The notes under the pieces were generated by a model that saw nothing but the letters and a program-made list of their open reading frames with translations, searched no databases and was not told the origin of the DNA. From Candidatus Methylomirabilia bacterium (GTDB lineage: Bacteria > Methylomirabilota > Methylomirabilia > Rokubacteriales > CSP1-6), in the NCBI GenBank assembly GCA_041492755.1, contig JBGPXN010000024.1:1-40482 (forward strand): 40,482 nucleotides of DNA, written 5' to 3'. The position numbers and the translations under genes were made by a program. Shown here in pieces: positions 36,059 through 40,482 of this stretch (position 1 is its first letter; every line of letters starts with the position of its first letter).

Positions 36059-36889
36059 ATGCCGAAGGTGCGCGTCGGCGACATCGAGATGTTCTACGTC
36101 GAAGCCGGCGCCGGCGATCCGCTCGTGCTCGTCATGGGCTTCAGCGCGGATCACATGGCGTGGGCGCTTCAAATGCGCGCCTTCGCCGAGCGCTATCGCG
36201 TCGTCGCGTTCGACAACCGCGGCGCCGGCCAGACCGATCAGCCGGACTTTCCCTACACGATTCCGATGATGGCCGCGGACACCGTGGGGCTCATGGACGC
36301 CCTCGGGGTGGAGCGCGCGCACGTGCTCGGGCTGTCCATGGGCGGGATGATCGCGCAGGAGATTGCGCTCGGCTGGCCGGAGCGGGTGCGCTCGCTCCAG
36401 CTCCACGCCACCCTGGCCCGGCCCGATGCGTACCTGAGCGCGCTCACGGAGACGTGGCGCGCCATGAAGCGGAACCTACCCGACGAGGACGCGGTGCGGG
36501 CCTTCCAGCTCTGGATCTTCGCGCCCGAGACGTACGCGGCGCACCCCGAGCTGGTGGAGACCGCGTTTCGCAACGTGATGGCCAATCCGCACCGGCAGTC
36601 GCTGACCGGCTTCCTGCGCCAGGGCGACGCCGTGCGCGCCCACGACACCCTCGACCGGCTCGGGAAGATCCGCTGTCCGACGCTGGTGAGCGGCGCCGAA
36701 GACGACGTCCTGGTTCCACCGCGCTTCGCCCGCCAGCTGGCCGAGGGCATCCCCGGCGCCGAGCTGCGCATCGTGCCCGGCGCCGGCCACGGCTACATCT
36801 GGGAGCGCTTCGAGGAGTTCAACCGGATGTGCCTTTCTTTCCTCGGAGGGGGGCTTCGCCCCCCTTCCGACGGCCGTGAGCGGGCCTGA
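36059..36889 (+). CDS. Alpha/beta-fold hydrolase
   Basis: DNRGAG, nucleophile GLSMGG, PTLV.GAEDD, GAGH; the last ~14 codons come from a repeat. Confidence 0.92.
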   Translation: MPKVRVGDIEMFYVEAGAGDPLVLVMGFSADHMAWALQMRAFAERYRVVAFDNRGAGQTDQPDFPYTIPMMAADTVGLMDALGVERAHVLGLSMGGMIAQEIALGWPERVRSLQLHATLARPDAYLSALTETWRAMKRNLPDEDAVRAFQLWIFAPETYAAHPELVETAFRNVMANPHRQSLTGFLRQGDAVRAHDTLDRLGKIRCPTLVSGAEDDVLVPPRFARQLAEGIPGAELRIVPGAGHGYIWERFEEFNRMCLSFLGGGLRPPSDGRERA

Positions 36890-36937
36890 CGGCCCGCTCT
36901 GCGGCCTGCCTCCCCCCAAAGCAGGATTGCGCCGGCG
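36843..36937. repeat. GC hairpin element, family 2, overlapping the hydrolase 3' end
   Basis: TCGGAGGGGGGC-TTC-GCCCCCCTTCCGA; GAGCGGGCC-TGAC-GGCCCGCTC; AGGATTGCGCCGGCG shared with the 8 kb element. Confidence 0.7.
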
Positions 36938-36999
36938 CCGCCGCTGGGGTGGAGCACCTGGCCGGTCAGGTAGCCGGAGGATTCTTCGGCGAGGAACAC
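36937..36999 (-). pseudogene. C-terminal fragment of a short-chain dehydrogenase/reductase gene
   Basis: VFLAEESSGYLTGQVLHPSGG resembles the classical SDR C-terminal xFLAS..SSYxTGQxLxxxGG motif; the rest of the gene is absent. Confidence 0.65.
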
Positions 37000-37093
37000 C
37001 GATTCCAACCAAAGCCGCCCCGGCGCGCTTGCCGTAGCCGCGGTGCGTCCGCTATCCTACCCCCGGAGGCCACCGTGGCCTCAGGAGGCTCCT

Positions 37094-38068
37094 GTGCCCT
37101 ACGACTACAGCCGCTACTTCGGCGAAATCACGCTGACTCACGACCTGATGTCGAAGCCCGAGGAGCGGCAGTGGCAGCTCAGCGCCCCGGGCCGCCAGCC
37201 CGAACGTCACCAGTACGTGTTGTATCTCGGGTGCAACGTGCTGCGGACGTCGCACATGGTCCAGACGGTGACGGCGATCTTCGATCGGCTCGGGCTCGAC
37301 TACGTCGCGGTGGGCGGGCCGACGTACTGCTGCGGGATCCAGCATCACAAACAAGGGGACGTCGCCGCGGCCGGCGGCATGAGCCGCCACACCATCGACC
37401 TCATTCAGCGGTACCAGCCGCAGGAGGTCGTGATGTGGTGCCCGTCGTGCATCTATTTCTACGACGAAGTGCAGCAGATGACGTTGCCGTTCCCGTTCCG
37501 CCACGCCGCCGAGTTCCTCGCCGAGCGGCTCCCCGAGCTGACGTTCACCCACGACGTGCGCCAGCGCGTCGCGCTCCACTACCACGTGCACAACGCGGCG
37601 CGCCGACGTGAGGGGCTCGCGGGCCTGCGGCTCCTGGAAGCCGTGCCCGGGCTCACCGTCGTGCCCATCGAGCCGGAAGGGCGTTTCTCGCGGTCCTGCA
37701 CGGCCGAGGTCCAGCAGGCGCTCGGCGTCGACGTCTGGAACAGGCTGGCCATCGATGAGATCGAGCGGGCCCACGCTGCCGGCGCCGACACGCTCGCGAC
37801 GATCTACCACGGATGCCAGCGGATGCTGTGTGGATTCGAGGCGGGCCACCCGGTGGCGATCGAGCACTATCTGTCGGTCTTCGGGCGCGGGCTCGGCATC
37901 GAGTTCGAAGACAAGTTCAAGAAGTACCGGCTCTGGGCCGATCCGGACCGCGTGCTCGCCGACATGACGCCATGCCAGCTGGCCAGCGGCGTCGACCCCG
38001 AGCGCGCCCGGCGCTTCGTGGAGCAGGCCTTCACGCCGGGGCACGTGAACCCGCCCGCGCCGTCGTAG
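37094..38068 (+). CDS. CCG-domain Fe-S protein (HdrB/GlpC-like)
   Basis: YLGCN, YCCG, WCPSC, YHGCQ; GGAGG before GTG 37094; TATCCT upstream. Confidence 0.8.
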   Translation: MPYDYSRYFGEITLTHDLMSKPEERQWQLSAPGRQPERHQYVLYLGCNVLRTSHMVQTVTAIFDRLGLDYVAVGGPTYCCGIQHHKQGDVAAAGGMSRHTIDLIQRYQPQEVVMWCPSCIYFYDEVQQMTLPFPFRHAAEFLAERLPELTFTHDVRQRVALHYHVHNAARRREGLAGLRLLEAVPGLTVVPIEPEGRFSRSCTAEVQQALGVDVWNRLAIDEIERAHAAGADTLATIYHGCQRMLCGFEAGHPVAIEHYLSVFGRGLGIEFEDKFKKYRLWADPDRVLADMTPCQLASGVDPERARRFVEQAFTPGHVNPPAPS

Positions 38069-38094
38069 CCCGCGCCGCGAGCGTGGCCGGACGT

Positions 38095-38464
38095 CACGAA
38101 GCCACGCGCCGGCGCCCTCGCTGGCCGGCGCCCGGAATGGCCGGGATTCGGCGACCGCGTCGCTGACGACCCGCGCGATCGTGCGCCCCGCCGGTGTCTC
38201 GCCAGCCGGCCGCTCCGGTTCCGGCGCGATCGCCAGAACGCGCGGCGCGCCCGCGACCACGTCGAATCCCATCTCGGCCAGACGTGCGGTGAAGCCGGCT
38301 TCATCCCGGTAGCTCGACTCGCCCGACGGGCGAGCCGTCTCGAAGAGCGCGTTCGGGCGCAGCCAGAACAGGCTTCGGATGGCGGTGCCCACGCCCGCCC
38401 GGCGCGCCCCCGCCACCGAAGGCTCGCCGCTTTCGGCGGCGGTGGCGGGCCGGCGCACGGCCAT
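38095..38464 (-). pseudogene. Possible degraded oxidoreductase (SDR-like) fragment
   Basis: Protein-like stretch GVGTAI...TIARVVSDAVAESRPFRAPASEGAGAWL; no clean stop, reads into the antisense of the Fe-S gene. Confidence 0.3.
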
Positions 38465-38503
38465 CTATGATGACCCGTCGATCACACGCCAGGAGAGCAC
38501 GCA

Positions 38504-40465
38504 GTGACGAAAGCCCGGATCGAATTCGCGGACGTCGTCGAGTCAGCGCGGACGGTGTGGGAAGTCGAGACGGCCGGCGCCGGGCCCCCGGGCCGCTTGC
38601 CGGTGACCGCCGACATGCTGCTCGACGCGCCGAGCGGCGACATCTTCGGTCTCACCCAGAACGCCGGCATGGGGTGGGACCCAAGCGAGCTCGGGCGCCC
38701 GCAATACCTGATGCTGGGAACGAACGGTGGCATCCGCGCGCCCGACGGCCGGCCGATCGCGCTCGGCTATCACACCGGCCACTGGGAGATCGGGCTGCTG
38801 ATGCAGGCCGCGGCCGAGGAGCTGCGCGGCCTCGACGCCATCCCGTTCGCCGCGTATTGCTCCGATCCCTGCGATGGCCGCACCCAGGGCACCGTCGGCA
38901 TGATGGACAGCCTCGCCTATCGCAACGACGCCGCCCAGGTCTTCCGCCGTCTCGCGCGCTCGCTGCCGACGCGCAAGGGCGTGCTCGGCGTGGCCACCTG
39001 CGACAAGGGCTTGCCCGCGATGATGATGGCGCTCGCCTCCATGCGCGATCTGCCGGCCGTCCTCGTGCCCGGCGGCGTCACGCTGCCGCCGCGCGACGGC
39101 GAGGACGCGGGCAAGGTGCAGTCCATCGGCGCGCGGTTCGCCCACGGCGAGCTGACCCTCGAGCAGGCACAGGAGCTCGGCTGCCGCGCGTGCGGCTCGC
39201 CGGGCGGTGGCTGCCAGTTCCTCGGAACGGCCGCGACGTCCCAGGTGATCGGCGAGGCGCTCGGTCTGACCCTGCCACACGCGGCGCTGGCGCCGTCGGG
39301 CCAGCCGATCTGGTTCGACATGGCGCGCCGCTCGGCGCGCGCGCTCGTGGGGCTGCAGGCGCGTGGTCTTCGCGTGCGCGACGTCGTCACCGACGCCGCG
39401 ATCCGGAACGCGATGGTCGTGCACGCCGCCTTCGGTGGCTCGACGAATCTCCTGCTGCACCTGCCGGCCATCGCTCACGCGGCCGGGCTCGGGCGGCCGA
39501 CCGTGGACGACTGGATCGCGGTGAACCGCCGTGTGCCGCGGCTGGTGGACACGCTGCCGAATGGGCCGCATCCGACCGTGCGCGCGTTCCTGGCCGGCGG
39601 CGTGCCGGAAGTGATGCTGCACTTGCGCCGCCTCGGGCTGCTCGAGCTCGGCGCACTGACGGTGAGCGGCGAGCGGTTGGGCGTGACCCTCGACTGGTGG
39701 GAAACATCCGAGCGCCGGCGCGCGTTGCGTGAGCGGCTCCAGCGGGTCGATGGCGTCAGCCCCGAGGACGTGATCATGGACGTCGAGCGCGCGCGCGCGC
39801 GGGGACTGACCAGCACGATGACGTTCCCCCGCGGCAATCTCGCGCCGGAGGGGTCGGTCATCAAGAGCACCGCGATCGACCCGAGCGTGGTGGACGCCGA
39901 CGGCGTGTATCGAAACGTCGGTCGGGCCCGAGTCTTCACCCGCGAGCGTGACGCCATCGCGGCGATCAAGAGCCGCGGCCCCGAGCGCCTGCAGCCCGGC
40001 GACGTCATGGTGTTGATCTGCCGCGGCCCGCTGGGCGCCGGGATGGAGGAGATCTACCAGATCACCGCCGCGCTCCGGCACCTCTCGTGGGGCAAGCACG
40101 TGACCGTCGTCACCGACGCGCGCTTCTCGGGCGTCTCCACCGGCGCCTGCATCGGCCACGTCGGCCCCGAGGCGCTCGCCGGCGGTCCGATCGGCAAGAT
40201 CCTGGACGGCGACCTCATCCAGGTCATCGTCGACCGTAACCGCCTGGAGGGCTCGATCGACCTCGTCGGCGTCGGCGAGACGACGTTCGGGCCCGCGGAA
40301 GGCACGCGCCTGCTGGCAACGCGGCCTCCGCGGCCCGATCTCTCCCCCGACCCCGACCTGCCGGCCGACACGCGGCTGTGGGCGGCCCTGCAGCAGGTCG
40401 GAGGCGGGACGTGGGGCGGCTGCGTCTACGACGTGGAGGCGATCGTGGAAGCCTTGCGGGTCTGA
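38504..40465 (+). CDS. YjhG/YagF-family D-xylonate dehydratase (IlvD/Edd family)
   Basis: [72 protein letters not shown]. Confidence 0.93.
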   Translation: MTKARIEFADVVESARTVWEVETAGAGPPGRLPVTADMLLDAPSGDIFGLTQNAGMGWDPSELGRPQYLMLGTNGGIRAPDGRPIALGYHTGHWEIGLLMQAAAEELRGLDAIPFAAYCSDPCDGRTQGTVGMMDSLAYRNDAAQVFRRLARSLPTRKGVLGVATCDKGLPAMMMALASMRDLPAVLVPGGVTLPPRDGEDAGKVQSIGARFAHGELTLEQAQELGCRACGSPGGGCQFLGTAATSQVIGEALGLTLPHAALAPSGQPIWFDMARRSARALVGLQARGLRVRDVVTDAAIRNAMVVHAAFGGSTNLLLHLPAIAHAAGLGRPTVDDWIAVNRRVPRLVDTLPNGPHPTVRAFLAGGVPEVMLHLRRLGLLELGALTVSGERLGVTLDWWETSERRRALRERLQRVDGVSPEDVIMDVERARARGLTSTMTFPRGNLAPEGSVIKSTAIDPSVVDADGVYRNVGRARVFTRERDAIAAIKSRGPERLQPGDVMVLICRGPLGAGMEEIYQITAALRHLSWGKHVTVVTDARFSGVSTGACIGHVGPEALAGGPIGKILDGDLIQVIVDRNRLEGSIDLVGVGETTFGPAEGTRLLATRPPRPDLSPDPDLPADTRLWAALQQVGGGTWGGCVYDVEAIVEALRV

Positions 40466-40482
40466 CGCGGCGGCGCGCGATC

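Noticed and set aside
3060..40159. Many long alternative-frame ORFs (e.g. 5744-8167, 19323-22028, 25135-27564, 38543-40159)
   Set aside because: They overlap well-supported genes, are Arg/Gly/Pro-rich and lack motifs, as expected in high-GC DNA.

Overview
This is a high-GC chromosomal window. The gene content (a double-zinc-ribbon/class III cyclase/AAA protein and expanded family-5 solute-binding proteins) resembles Candidatus Rokubacteria / Methylomirabilota; that assignment is an inference. Left to right it contains: a partial cyclase-ATPase gene; an intact RHH-MazF toxin-antitoxin pair; a deleted and frameshifted Phd-VapC pair with its operator intact; a 13-kb Dpp/Opp-type ABC cluster (4 binding proteins, 2 permease pairs, 1 ATPase pair); a gcvT-H-PA-PB / lipoate ligase / NUDIX / pepA / PHP / ArsC-like run; a DUF1445-pxpB-pxpC-aminotransferase-pxpA operon; a methyltransferase and an ArsN1-like GNAT; purE, bamD and ltaE; a separate DppD/F pair; a hydrolase; a CCG Fe-S protein; and a YjhG/YagF dehydratase. 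The most unusual signals are intergenic. First, a two-hairpin GC-rich repeat family occurs at five sites, two of them tandem arrays (3x48 bp and 3x~90 bp), with a second related family at two sites. Second, short ORFs recur that end on or next to the next gene's start codon, several of them beginning right at the upstream gene's stop. They arise from the repeats, from small duplications and from gene relics, and they coexist with apparently leaderless promoters. I found no CRISPR array, tRNA/rRNA or transposase.
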